From NCBI GenBank assembly GCA_963812605.1, contig CAWEWF010000004.1:1-64000 (forward strand): 64,000 nucleotides of DNA. Reading direction: 5' to 3'. The stretch is from an uncultured Verrucomicrobiae bacterium (GTDB lineage: Bacteria; Verrucomicrobiota; Verrucomicrobiia; Palsa-1439). Position 1 is the stretch's first letter. Every line of letters begins with the position of its first letter. The notes below the pieces were generated by a model that saw only the letters and a list, made by a program, of their open reading frames with translations, had not been told where the DNA came from and searched no databases. Made by a program: the position numbers and the translations under genes. Of this stretch, positions 43,225 to 51,415 are shown in pieces.

Positions 43225-43318
43225 TTATGCGCCAGTGTGTCAAAAATGAGCGCGAAAGGGCAGGTTTTTTTACAAAACCGAGAGCGCCGTGTAGGCGTAT
43301 GGTCAACCCGTCAGTTGT

Positions 43319-43501
43319 CTACTCTACGACAACGTGATGTCCGTGGAACTCCCCTTCCAGACGTACTTTACGTGAATTGATGAGGTCGGCCACGATGTAC
43401 GCGCCGAGCTGCTCGTCACGCGTCAATTCGTTGACTGTGGAGATCAATTCCGCCAGTGTTGGAGGGCTCTTACGGGTGGACTTCGTTCCATTCTGTTTCA
43501 T
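43319..43501 (-). CDS. Small hypothetical protein
   Basis: 60 aa, TLAELISTV..VADLINSRKVRL. Confidence 0.5.
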   Translation of the reverse strand: MKQNGTKSTRKSPPTLAELISTVNELTRDEQLGAYIVADLINSRKVRLEGEFHGHHVVVE

Positions 43502-43628
43502 GCGTGAGTATTTAGCAGGCGACGTGCCATGTCCCGTTCTCGGGGCTCCGAGCACGGAGTTGCGAGGGACGGGCTTGGTAGCTTGACTCAGGGGGGTATT
43601 TTTGGAATGGTTCCGCTGCACAACGGCT

Positions 43629-43704
43629 GGGGATGTAGCTCAATTGGTAGAGCGCCTCGTTCGCAACGAGGAGGTCAGGGGTTCGAATCCCCTCATCTCC
43701 ACCA
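43629..43704 (+). tRNA. tRNA-Ala(CGC)
   Basis: Complete cloverleaf, G3:U70, CCA end. Confidence 0.97.
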
Positions 43705-43721
43705 GTCCTTTTATCCATGAC

Positions 43722-44658
43722 ATGGGCGACACTTCACTTCTGCCTTCGTCGGACACCGACGCGCTGTTGCGCACGATTGGCAACACGCCGCTCATCCCGC
43801 TCCTGCGCATCGGCCGGGAATTCCCCGGCGTCCGCATTTTCGCCAAGGCCGAGTGGTTTAATCCCGGCGGCTCGGTGAAAGACCGCGCGGCTTACCGCAT
43901 GATTCGCGCCGCCGAGTTGTCGGGCCGGCTCACGCCGGGCAGAATCATCCTCGACGCCACGAGCGGCAATACCGGTATCGCCTACGCGATGATCGCCGCG
44001 CGGCGCGGGTACCGCTGCAAATTACTGATGCCCGCCAATGCCAGCACCGAACGCAAGAAACTCCTCCAGGCGTATGGCGCTGAGGTTGTTCTCACGGACC
44101 CCAGCGAAGGCAGCGACGGCGCGTTCTTCGCAGGCGCAGCGTCTTTACAAGGAGCAACCGGATCTCTACGTGTATCCCGACCAGTACGGGAACACTGAAA
44201 ACCCGCGCGCTCACTACGAAACCACCGGCCCCGAGATCATCGAGCAGACCGCCGGCAAGATTACGCATTTCCTCGCCGGTCTCGGCACGAGCGGTACCAT
44301 GATGGGCACGGGGAAGCGGCTCCGCGAGTTTAACCGCGACATCAAGCTCGTTGCCGTCCAGCCCGATGGCCCGTTTCACGGACTCGAAGGACTCAAGCAC
44401 ATGGAAACGACGTCGCACATCCCCGATTTATACGACGCCAAAGTTCCCGACCAAATCGTCGGTATCTCCACGGAAGCCGCGCAGCAAATGGCCAAACGCC
44501 TGACCCACGAAGAGGGCCTTTATGTCGGCGTGAGCGCCGGCGCCGCCATTTGCGCCGCGCTGAAGATCGCGGCCACGATTCAGGAAGGCGCGCTCGTCGC
44601 CATTTGTCCCGACGCCGGCAACCGTTACCAAAGCGAGAAATTCTGGGAGACTGCATGA
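43722..44658 (+). CDS. cysM: Cysteine synthase (CysM/CysK family), one frameshift near 44130
   Basis: IGNTPL, NPGGSVKDR, TSGNTG, GLGTSGT. Confidence 0.85.
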
Positions 44659-44673
44659 ACGCACACAGTCAAG

Positions 44674-44768
44674 CCCCTCACCCTAACCCTCTCCCTCAAG
44701 GGGAGAGGGGACCGGCGAGCAGACAGCAGTTTCCTCTCCCCTCCGGGGGAGAGGATCAAGGTGAGGGG
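44674..44768. repeat. CCCCTCACCCTAACCCTCTCCC-type palindromic repeat doublet
   Basis: CCCTCTCCC..GGGAGAGGG hairpins in inverted arrangement. Confidence 0.7.
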
Positions 44769-44788
44769 GGCGGAGCGGTTCGTTGCAC

Positions 44789-45193
44789 ATGAAACTCTCT
44801 CAACAACTCCTGCATCAAATCCGCCAACACCTCGAAGCGGGGTATCCGAACGAGGCTTGCGGCGTGATGCTGGGGCAAAATGGGATCGTCAGCGAAGTGG
44901 TTTCCGCGGACAATCAGCGCACCGATAGCGCCCGCAATAGGTATCTCATCGATCCGCTGATCTACCTGAAGATCGAGCGGGAGGCCGACAAGCGCGGGTT
45001 GCAAGTGCTCGGCATTTATCATTCGCATCCCGATGTCGCGGCCCGGCCATCGCAGTTTGACCTCGATCACGCGTGGCCCGATTTTTCGTACCTGATCATT
45101 TCGGTCGTCAAAGGCAAAGCGATGGAATCGAATTCCTGGCGGTTGCGGGACGACCGTTCGGCCTTCGACCAGGAGAACATCGAAGTTTTATAA
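44789..45193 (+). CDS. JAB/Mov34 (Mec-like) metallopeptidase
   Basis: YPNEACG, YHSHPD..PS..D. Confidence 0.92.
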   Translation: MKLSQQLLHQIRQHLEAGYPNEACGVMLGQNGIVSEVVSADNQRTDSARNRYLIDPLIYLKIEREADKRGLQVLGIYHSHPDVAARPSQFDLDHAWPDFSYLIISVVKGKAMESNSWRLRDDRSAFDQENIEVL

Positions 45194-45210
45194 AGGCAAC
45201 AGCCGTCTCA

Positions 45211-46269
45211 ATGAGATCTATGGGCAACCACGCGTCCGGTTTTGATTGGGCTGACGGGCTGCACCGATTCAAATTATTCAAACGGCGTTTTGGTCACGGC
45301 CGGGTGCCTGCATACTGGGAAGACGACCCTATTCTGGCCTGGTGGGCAGCCAGGCTGCGCACGCGTTTGGATCGCTTGACACAGGAACAGATCAGGCAAT
45401 TGTATGGCCTAGGTTTTTATTTTGGGTCGGTGCTGACGGCGTGGGTGGGACGTTACTTGGATTTGGCCAAATACCGGACCAGGAACGGTCATTGCAACGT
45501 GACCGAAAGAGTAGACATGTCCCTAGGGCGCTGGGTGCAACATCAACGTGCCCTCAAACATCGCCTGGATGCGCAACGTCTCAAACTGCTAAACCGCCTC
45601 GGATTCGACTGGTCTCCCATCAACACGCTTTGGGGAGAGAGGGTGGCAGAGCTACACACATTTAAGCAAGGACATGGCCATTGCCGCGTGCCACACCATT
45701 ACCCGGAGTATCCCCATCTGGGAATTTGGGTGAGCAACGTGCGCAGGAAGCGCGATAAGCTTTCTCCGCTACGCCGCCGCCAACTGGATCGGATGGGCCT
45801 AAACTGGGCGCCGCTCGCCTCCTCGTGGGAGGCGCGGGTTCAGGAAGCGGTAATGTGGCGAAAGCTTCACGGCAACTGCCAACCACCGTTCGAGTCTCCA
45901 TTAGGGCGCTGGCTGGCCAAGCGACGGGCAGCCTTTGCGGCCGGGAAGCTCAGTCAGCAGCGCAAGCGGCGATTGGAAAAGCTGGGGGTTGAGCTTAGAC
46001 CATTCCAGTCAAGGTGGGAAAGGCGGTTTACAGAACTCAAAGCCTACAGGGCGCGCCATGGTCACTGCAATGTGCCCCGATCCTGCCCAAAGAATCCTGC
46101 TTTGGGTTTTTGGGTAAGCAAGCAACGCTACTTCAAAGATCGTCTCACTCGCAAGCAGATCGTCCGCCTCAACCAACTCGGCTTCCGCTGGCGGATCCGC
46201 CCGCCGAGACCGCCGCGCGGCCGTCACAGTTCGACCTCGGTCACGCGTGGCCCGATTTTTCGTACCTGA
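45211..46269 (+). CDS. Helicase-associated (HA) repeat protein
   Basis: Repeated W...HGHCxVP...LGxWVxxQR...LxxLGFxW units; its stop lies inside the JAB tail copy. Confidence 0.8.
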   Translation: MRSMGNHASGFDWADGLHRFKLFKRRFGHGRVPAYWEDDPILAWWAARLRTRLDRLTQEQIRQLYGLGFYFGSVLTAWVGRYLDLAKYRTRNGHCNVTERVDMSLGRWVQHQRALKHRLDAQRLKLLNRLGFDWSPINTLWGERVAELHTFKQGHGHCRVPHHYPEYPHLGIWVSNVRRKRDKLSPLRRRQLDRMGLNWAPLASSWEARVQEAVMWRKLHGNCQPPFESPLGRWLAKRRAAFAAGKLSQQRKRRLEKLGVELRPFQSRWERRFTELKAYRARHGHCNVPRSCPKNPALGFWVSKQRYFKDRLTRKQIVRLNQLGFRWRIRPPRPPRGRHSSTSVTRGPIFRT

Positions 46270-46370
46270 TCATTTCAGTCGTCAAGGGCAAGGCTGTGGA
46301 GTCGAATTCCTGGCGGCTGCGGGACGACCGTTCGGCGTTCGACCAAGAGGCTGTTGAAATTCTCGCGTAG
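46212..46370 (+). repeat. Dead copy 1 of the JAB gene 3' end
   Basis: AARPSQFDLGHAWPDFSYLIISVVKGKAVESNSWRLRDDRSAFDQEAVEILA* versus live 45038-45193. Confidence 0.95.
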
Positions 46371-46408
46371 ATTATCACCAGCGCCTACGTAGATCCGTGC
46401 GGCGATTA

Positions 46409-46635
46409 TCAACGCAGATTCCGGGAAAATTCCTCCGGGGACAGTCGGATATCCTTGATAATCTGTCGGAGAAGAAACGGCGAAACGTCTCGACCCGCAT
46501 GAAAGGGAACAGTCGTTCCGCGACCGTCAGCATGACGATACTGCTTGTGCGAACCGCGCTGACGGACCTCGACGAACCCAAGTCTTTCAGGACCTTTTCC
46601 ACCTCACGCGCCTTCAGTACCGGGAGCCGGGCCAT
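46409..46635 (-). CDS. HicA-family toxin, 1-bp frameshift near 46577
   Basis: Reconstructed LG/FVEVRQRGSHKQYRHADGRGTTVPFH. Confidence 0.82.
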
Positions 46636-46641
46636 GCATGC

Positions 46642-46848
46642 CTAGACGCTGATGGCTTGCGTTCCGATGAACTCAGCTTCGAGCTGCGGCTCGCCGTCCT
46701 CCAGAAGCATCCCAACAACCTCCTTCAGATTGTCACGCAACTCTTCAAGTGTCGCGCCCTGAGAGTGTGCACCGGGAAACCCGGGAATATATCCCACGAA
46801 CAGGTTCGTCTCCGGGTCACGTTCGACAACGGCGGTGAAGTTTCTCAT
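46642..46848 (-). CDS. HicB-family antitoxin
   Basis: FTAVVERD..PGFPGAHSQGATLEEL; TTGACG-17-TACTTT promoter, leaderless start. Confidence 0.88.
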   Translation of the reverse strand: MRNFTAVVERDPETNLFVGYIPGFPGAHSQGATLEELRDNLKEVVGMLLEDGEPQLEAEFIGTQAISV

Positions 46849-46899
46849 GCCCAGAAAGTACCGTTCCACAAGGGAAACGTCAACCCCACCGCCAAGTTA

Positions 46900-46928
46900 A
46901 AGAGGCTGTTGAAATTCTGGGGCGATAG
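46900..46928 (+). repeat. Probable dead copy 2 of the JAB gene 3' end
   Basis: AAGAGGCTGTTGAAATTCT identical to 46345-46363; reads EAVEILGR*. Confidence 0.65.
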
Positions 46929-46959
46929 GCTAGACTGGGTCTTGCGGGTAATAGCGAAT

Positions 46960-47020
46960 TGTAGGGCAAGCGGCCCGCTTGCCACTTATTAATAGCGCCA
47001 ACCGGGCCGGTTGGCCTACA
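46960..47020. repeat. GTAG REP doublet
   Basis: TGTAGGGCAAGCGGCCCGCTTGCC...GCCAACCGGGCCGGTTGGCCTACA. Confidence 0.7.
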
Positions 47021-47049
47021 AATCGTGTTTGCAAAAAATGGAGAGAACG

Positions 47050-48537
47050 ATGGCTATTAAAGTCACAATTCCAACGGCCTTGCGTCGCTTTGCCAACGGA
47101 CAGACGACGGTCGAGGTGGCCGGCGTAACGATCAACGAGGTGCTCGGCAACCTGACCGCAGAGCATGCCCAGTTGCGGCCCCATCTCTACAGCGAGGACG
47201 GCAAGCTGCGGAATTTCGTGCGCGTGTACGTCAATGACGAGGACATTCGCGCCCGGGGCGACAATGCGCCCGTCAACGAAGGCGACGAGATTTCCATCGT
47301 GCCGTCGATTGCGGGTGGCAACCTTGCCAAACTTGAGCCGATCATCAAAGATCGCGCGAAGCTGACCAATGACGATATCAAGCGGTATTCGCGACACCTG
47401 ATCCTGCCGGAAGTCGGCGTCGAGGGCCAGGAGCGGCTCAAGGCGGCGAAAGTATTGCTCATCGGCTCGGGTGGACTTGGTTCGCCGATCGCGCTATATC
47501 TGACGGCGGCGGGAATTGGGACGATTGGGATGGTCGAGTTCGACACGGTCGATTTCAGCAATCTCCAGCGGCAGATCATTCATTTCACGGGCGACGTGGG
47601 GAAACACAAGCTCCAGAGCGCCGAGGAAAAACTCAAGGCGATCAACCCGAACCTCAATTTCATCCCCCACCCCGTCAAGCTGACGAGCGAGAACGCGCTC
47701 GACATTATCAAGGACTATGACCTCGTCCTCGACGGCACGGACAACTTCCCGACGCGTTATTTGGTCAATGACGCGTGCGTGATGCTCAAAAAGCCGAATG
47801 TGTACGGCTCGATCTTCCGCTGGGAAGGCATGGCCAGCGTGTTCGCGCCGCACCTGGGTGGTCCCTGCTATCGTTGCTGGTATCCCGAACCGCCGCCGCC
47901 GGGGCTCGTTCCGAGTTGCGCGGAGGGCGGCGTGCTCGGCGTCATCTGCGGCATCATTGGCAACATCCAGGCGAACGAAGCCGTCAAGCTCATCATCGGC
48001 AAGGGCAAACCGCTCATGGGCCGGTTGCTGCGGTTTGACGCGATGGACATGAGCTTCCGCGAGTACAAAATTCCGCGCGACCCGAATTGTCCCGTGTGCG
48101 GCAAGAATCCGACCGTAACCGAACTAATTGACTACAACCAATTCTGCGGCATCGGCCGCGGAGAGGACGAAGGTTCCTCAGGAGATTCCATCGTGGAAAA
48201 AGTTGACACGGGCCTCGGCCCCGACGATATCAGCGTCGAGACGCTCAAACAAATGCGCGACCGCAAAGACGATTTTGTCCTCGTCGATGTCCGCAATCCC
48301 GACGAGTTCGAGATTTGCGTCATCGACGGTTCGGTGAAACTTCCCTTACCGGAGTTGCCGCAGCGGTTTCAGGAACTGCCGAAGGACAAGCTCGTGGTCC
48401 TGCACTGCAAGTCCGGTGGCCGTAGCGGCCGCGCGGTGAAATTCCTCAAGACGCAGGGCTACAGTAAGGTCAAGAACGTCGCCGGCGGCATCAATGCCTG
48501 GGCCGAACGCATCGACCCGGACGTGCCGCAGTATTAA
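47050..48537 (+). CDS. moeB: MoaD/CysO-MoeB(ThiF)-rhodanese fusion (MoeZ-like)
   Basis: Ubiquitin-like domain ending VPSIAGG; RYSRHL, GSGGLG, SNLQRQ, CYRC, CPVC; rhodanese HCKSGGRS. Confidence 0.93.
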   Translation: MAIKVTIPTALRRFANGQTTVEVAGVTINEVLGNLTAEHAQLRPHLYSEDGKLRNFVRVYVNDEDIRARGDNAPVNEGDEISIVPSIAGGNLAKLEPIIKDRAKLTNDDIKRYSRHLILPEVGVEGQERLKAAKVLLIGSGGLGSPIALYLTAAGIGTIGMVEFDTVDFSNLQRQIIHFTGDVGKHKLQSAEEKLKAINPNLNFIPHPVKLTSENALDIIKDYDLVLDGTDNFPTRYLVNDACVMLKKPNVYGSIFRWEGMASVFAPHLGGPCYRCWYPEPPPPGLVPSCAEGGVLGVICGIIGNIQANEAVKLIIGKGKPLMGRLLRFDAMDMSFREYKIPRDPNCPVCGKNPTVTELIDYNQFCGIGRGEDEGSSGDSIVEKVDTGLGPDDISVETLKQMRDRKDDFVLVDVRNPDEFEICVIDGSVKLPLPELPQRFQELPKDKLVVLHCKSGGRSGRAVKFLKTQGYSKVKNVAGGINAWAERIDPDVPQY

Positions 48538-48619
48538 GCGGCGGTTCAGGGTTCTCGGTTCTAGGTTGTAGAATCCTACGACGTACTTCCGGTCAATGGC
48601 CTCTGGGAGCGCGGACGAT

Positions 48620-49303
48620 TTAATCTCTAGCTGTTTTGATCAATTTCTTAAGCCACCATGGTGACCACAATGTCCAATTGGAACGCCCAAGAAGAAGCCC
48701 CGTGATGATGAAAATCATCCAGTTCGCGTAAAACGCCCACCACGAAAGATCCAGCCGATCGCTGAGGAAAAACCCTGTATCGCTTCTGTGAAACACAAAC
48801 AGACGGACCAACTTCACCATGATTGTGCCAATTAAACCAAGGCTGCTGATCCATAACAAAGTCCATTTGGTATGCCAACGGGCAAAGCCAATAACAAGGC
48901 CACTGATGGTAAAAGTCGTAAAAGTAACGTAATTCGGAAGCCAGACCGCCCGCGACGGATGTGAAAGCGAATCCAAGCCGCTCGTATGCCAGATGAATGA
49001 CGTGCCCAAGCTCAACATCGGTGTCATCACCAAACCGAGGACGCCCGTCCAAAACAACGACCATTGGGGTAATACACACGCCATTCCGCAGATTTTCTTG
49101 AACTCGACCTTGAGTTCGTCGGCATGACCCATTCGCTGAACCGAATTCTCAAAGGCTTGTGGCGGATTTGTCCCCGCTTTCATCTGAAGCTCAATTTCTT
49201 CCCGCAAATGAATTTCCAGTTCTTCCAGCGGCACGGGCGTTTTGATTCCGGCGGCGAGCATTTGTTTTCGCCAATCAGCAATTGATTGTTCGAGATCAAA
49301 CAT
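48620..49303 (-). CDS. Permease-prefix-domain-1 membrane protein
   Basis: MFDLEQSIADWR..ELEIHLREE plus TM segments; downstream of PadR. Confidence 0.75.
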   Translation of the reverse strand: MFDLEQSIADWRKQMLAAGIKTPVPLEELEIHLREEIELQMKAGTNPPQAFENSVQRMGHADELKVEFKKICGMACVLPQWSLFWTGVLGLVMTPMLSLGTSFIWHTSGLDSLSHPSRAVWLPNYVTFTTFTISGLVIGFARWHTKWTLLWISSLGLIGTIMVKLVRLFVFHRSDTGFFLSDRLDLSWWAFYANWMIFIITGLLLGRSNWTLWSPWWLKKLIKTARD

Positions 49304-49628
49304 ATTGCTCCTTTTTCAAGCCGGCCAAAACGGAATGCACCAGCGACCATTGTTCGTGATGCTTGGCCATCGCCGTTTTGCCGTCCTTTTTGAGCAAGTA
49401 ATATTTCCGCTTCCGCCCGGTCTCGCTTTCCGCCCATCGCGACTTGATCAAGCCCCGGTGTTCCATGCGGTGCAGCACCGGGTACAGCATGCCGTCCGTC
49501 CAGTTTAGTTTGCCATCCGAGCGCTCTTTGACTTCTTGAATGATGGCGTAACCGTAACTCTCGCCCTTGGCGAGCAGCGACAAAATCAGCGGTTCAGCCG
49601 ATGCGGCGACCAGTTCTTTGCGAATCAT
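49296..49628 (-). CDS. PadR-family transcriptional regulator
   Basis: ESYGYAI, GMLYPVLHRME, RKRKYY. Confidence 0.92.
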   Translation of the reverse strand: MIRKELVAASAEPLILSLLAKGESYGYAIIQEVKERSDGKLNWTDGMLYPVLHRMEHRGLIKSRWAESETGRKRKYYLLKKDGKTAMAKHHEQWSLVHSVLAGLKKEQYV

Positions 49629-49634
49629 AGAGAC

Positions 49635-49663
49635 ACGATACATAGACGTTATATGTATGTCAA
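49635..49663 (-). promoter_or_regulatory. Sigma70 promoter (leaderless) with an overlapping putative PadR operator
   Basis: TTGACA-17-TATCGT, 6 nt before ATG; ATACATA-N7-TATGTAT palindrome. Confidence 0.7.
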
Positions 49664-49676
49664 GCGGGAAAAATGA

Positions 49677-49718
49677 GGCTCGGTGAAACTCCTGTTACCG
49701 GAGTTGCCACAGTACTAG
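49677..49718 (+). repeat. Dead moeB 3'-end copy A (internally deleted)
   Basis: GSVKLLLPELPQY* joins live 48328-48363 (GSVKLPLPELPQ) to the terminal PQY*. Confidence 0.85.
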
Positions 49719-49760
49719 AAGTCGGCAGGTTGTGTAGCGGCCAGCGACACCGCTCCGCGA

Positions 49761-50393
49761 CTACACGGGCTGCGGGGTGTAGCGAAGATACGGCTTCACT
49801 TTGCGAACGCCTTTGGGAAATAATTTCTCCGCATCCGTGTCGGACACCGCTGTCACGACGATGCAGTCCTGCCCTTGTTTCCAGTCCGCCGGCGTGGCCA
49901 GCTTGTGACGAGCCGTTAATTGCAGCGAATCGATCACCCGCAGGATTTCGGCAAAATTGCGGCCCGTGCTGGCCGGGTACGTCAGGGTCAATTTGATCTT
50001 CTTGTCGGGGCCAATGACAAACACCGACCGCACCGTGGCCTTGTCGTCCGCGTTCGGATGAATCATGTCATACGCCGTCGCGACCTGGCGTTTTTCATCC
50101 GCGATCACCGGGAAGTTCATCGTGCAGGCTTGCGTTTCATTGATGTCCTCGATCCAGTCGTGGTGCTTTTCCAGCGGGTCCACGCTGACCGCCATCACCT
50201 TGACATTCCGCTTTTCAAATTCGGTCTTGATCTTGGCCACCGTTCCGAGTTCGGTGGTGCAAACGGGAGTGAAATCGGCCGGATGCGAGAACAGGACGCC
50301 CCAGGAATCGCCCAGCCATCGGTGAAACTCAATCATCCCTTCGGTGGTGGGGGCTATAAAATTGGGAGCAACATCGCCTAATCGTAATGCCAT
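49761..50393 (-). CDS. 1-Cys peroxiredoxin (Prx6)
   Basis: FSHPADFTPVCTTE, YPASTGRNF, ATPADW. Confidence 0.95.
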   Translation of the reverse strand: MALRLGDVAPNFIAPTTEGMIEFHRWLGDSWGVLFSHPADFTPVCTTELGTVAKIKTEFEKRNVKVMAVSVDPLEKHHDWIEDINETQACTMNFPVIADEKRQVATAYDMIHPNADDKATVRSVFVIGPDKKIKLTLTYPASTGRNFAEILRVIDSLQLTARHKLATPADWKQGQDCIVVTAVSDTDAEKLFPKGVRKVKPYLRYTPQPV

Positions 50394-50500
50394 AGTGGTA
50401 CCCTTCTCTTGTCGGACATTTCTGGATTGCTTACGTCCCGCGACTCTCGCTCGCCACATAGTATCCCCTCGCACAGTGCTTTCAAGTTTTTTGTGGGCCA

Positions 50501-50553
50501 CCGAAAGACATGCTCGTGGTCCTGCACTGCCATTCTGGTGACCGCAGTACTAG
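50501..50553 (+). repeat. Dead moeB 3'-end copy B (internally deleted)
   Basis: PKDMLVVLHCHSGDRS versus live PKDKLVVLHCKSGGRS (48379-48426); ends CCGCAGTACTAG. Confidence 0.85.
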
Positions 50554-50592
50554 GGCACGGTTTTGGGTTCGCGGTTCACGGTTCACGATCAT

Positions 50593-50621
50593 TGTAGCCG
50601 CGAATCGCATTCGCGGCTACA
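50593..50621. repeat. Single GTAG REP hairpin preceded by GGTTCAC-like heptamers
   Basis: TGTAGCCGCGAATCGCATTCGCGGCTACA. Confidence 0.75.
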
Positions 50622-50726
50622 AACGGCGGCTGGCTCGTCAATGGCCGTGTCCAGATGCGCCCGCATGTTCCTGCCACGATTCTGTGCGCTTGCCGGCATC
50701 TGGCCGCGTTGGCATACTCCGCGTCA

Positions 50727-51305
50727 ATGGCTTCGGAGAAAGACTTGGCGATTTCGGTTGAACGGCTCGGCGGTCTCATCTACGAGATTCGCGGCCAGAA
50801 GGTGATGCTTGACCGCGATTTGGCGATCGTCTATGGCGTCGCAACCCGAGATCTGAATAAGGCCGTGAAACGCAACCGCGACCGGTTCCCGGCGGATTTC
50901 GCATTTCAGCTTACCCGGCAAGAGGTTGCAGACTTGAAGTTCCAAATTGGAACATCAAGTTCGCAGCACGGTGGCCGGCGCAAACCGCCATGGGCGTTCA
51001 CCGAGCACGGCGCGATCATGGCCGCCAACGTGCTCAACAGCCCACGCGCCGCGCAGATGAGCGTCTTCGTAGTCCGCGCGTTCGTGAAGATGCGCGCGGT
51101 GCTATCAGACAACCGGGAACTCGCCGGCAAACTCGCTGCCTTGGAGAAGGAGCTTAAGGACCGCCTCGGCGTTCACGAAGCCGCCATCGTCACGATTCTC
51201 CAGCGCGTCATGGACATCATCGACCCGCCCGCCTTGCCGGAGCCGCCGAAGAAGGGCATCGGATTTCAGGTGAAGCAAGCCAAAACACGCTATCTGGTCC
51301 GCTAG
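50727..51305 (+). CDS. ORF6N-domain DNA-binding protein
   Basis: IRGQKVMLDRDLA..AVKRN..RFPADF..AFTEHG. Confidence 0.9.
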   Translation: MASEKDLAISVERLGGLIYEIRGQKVMLDRDLAIVYGVATRDLNKAVKRNRDRFPADFAFQLTRQEVADLKFQIGTSSSQHGGRRKPPWAFTEHGAIMAANVLNSPRAAQMSVFVVRAFVKMRAVLSDNRELAGKLAALEKELKDRLGVHEAAIVTILQRVMDIIDPPALPEPPKKGIGFQVKQAKTRYLVR

Positions 51306-51322
51306 CACGACTCGGGGCAAGT

Positions 51323-51379
51323 ACCGGGGGAATCGACGCCTGGGCCGAACGCATCGACCCGAACGTCCCGCAGTACTGA
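51323..51379 (+). repeat. Dead moeB 3'-end copy C
   Basis: 48/57 nt identical to 48481-48537; TGGIDAWAERIDPNVPQY*. Confidence 0.92.
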
Positions 51380-51415
51380 GGCGGTTGCAGGAAACATGGT
51401 GCACCTTAACAATAT

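Noticed and set aside
45038-46370. Diversity-generating retroelement TR/VR pair
   Set aside because: Differences are mainly third-position changes of all types, not adenine-specific, and there is no reverse transcriptase in the window.
46570-46585. Programmed frameshift in hicA or other split genes
   Set aside because: No slippery heptamer or stimulator; consistent with the window-wide indel pattern.
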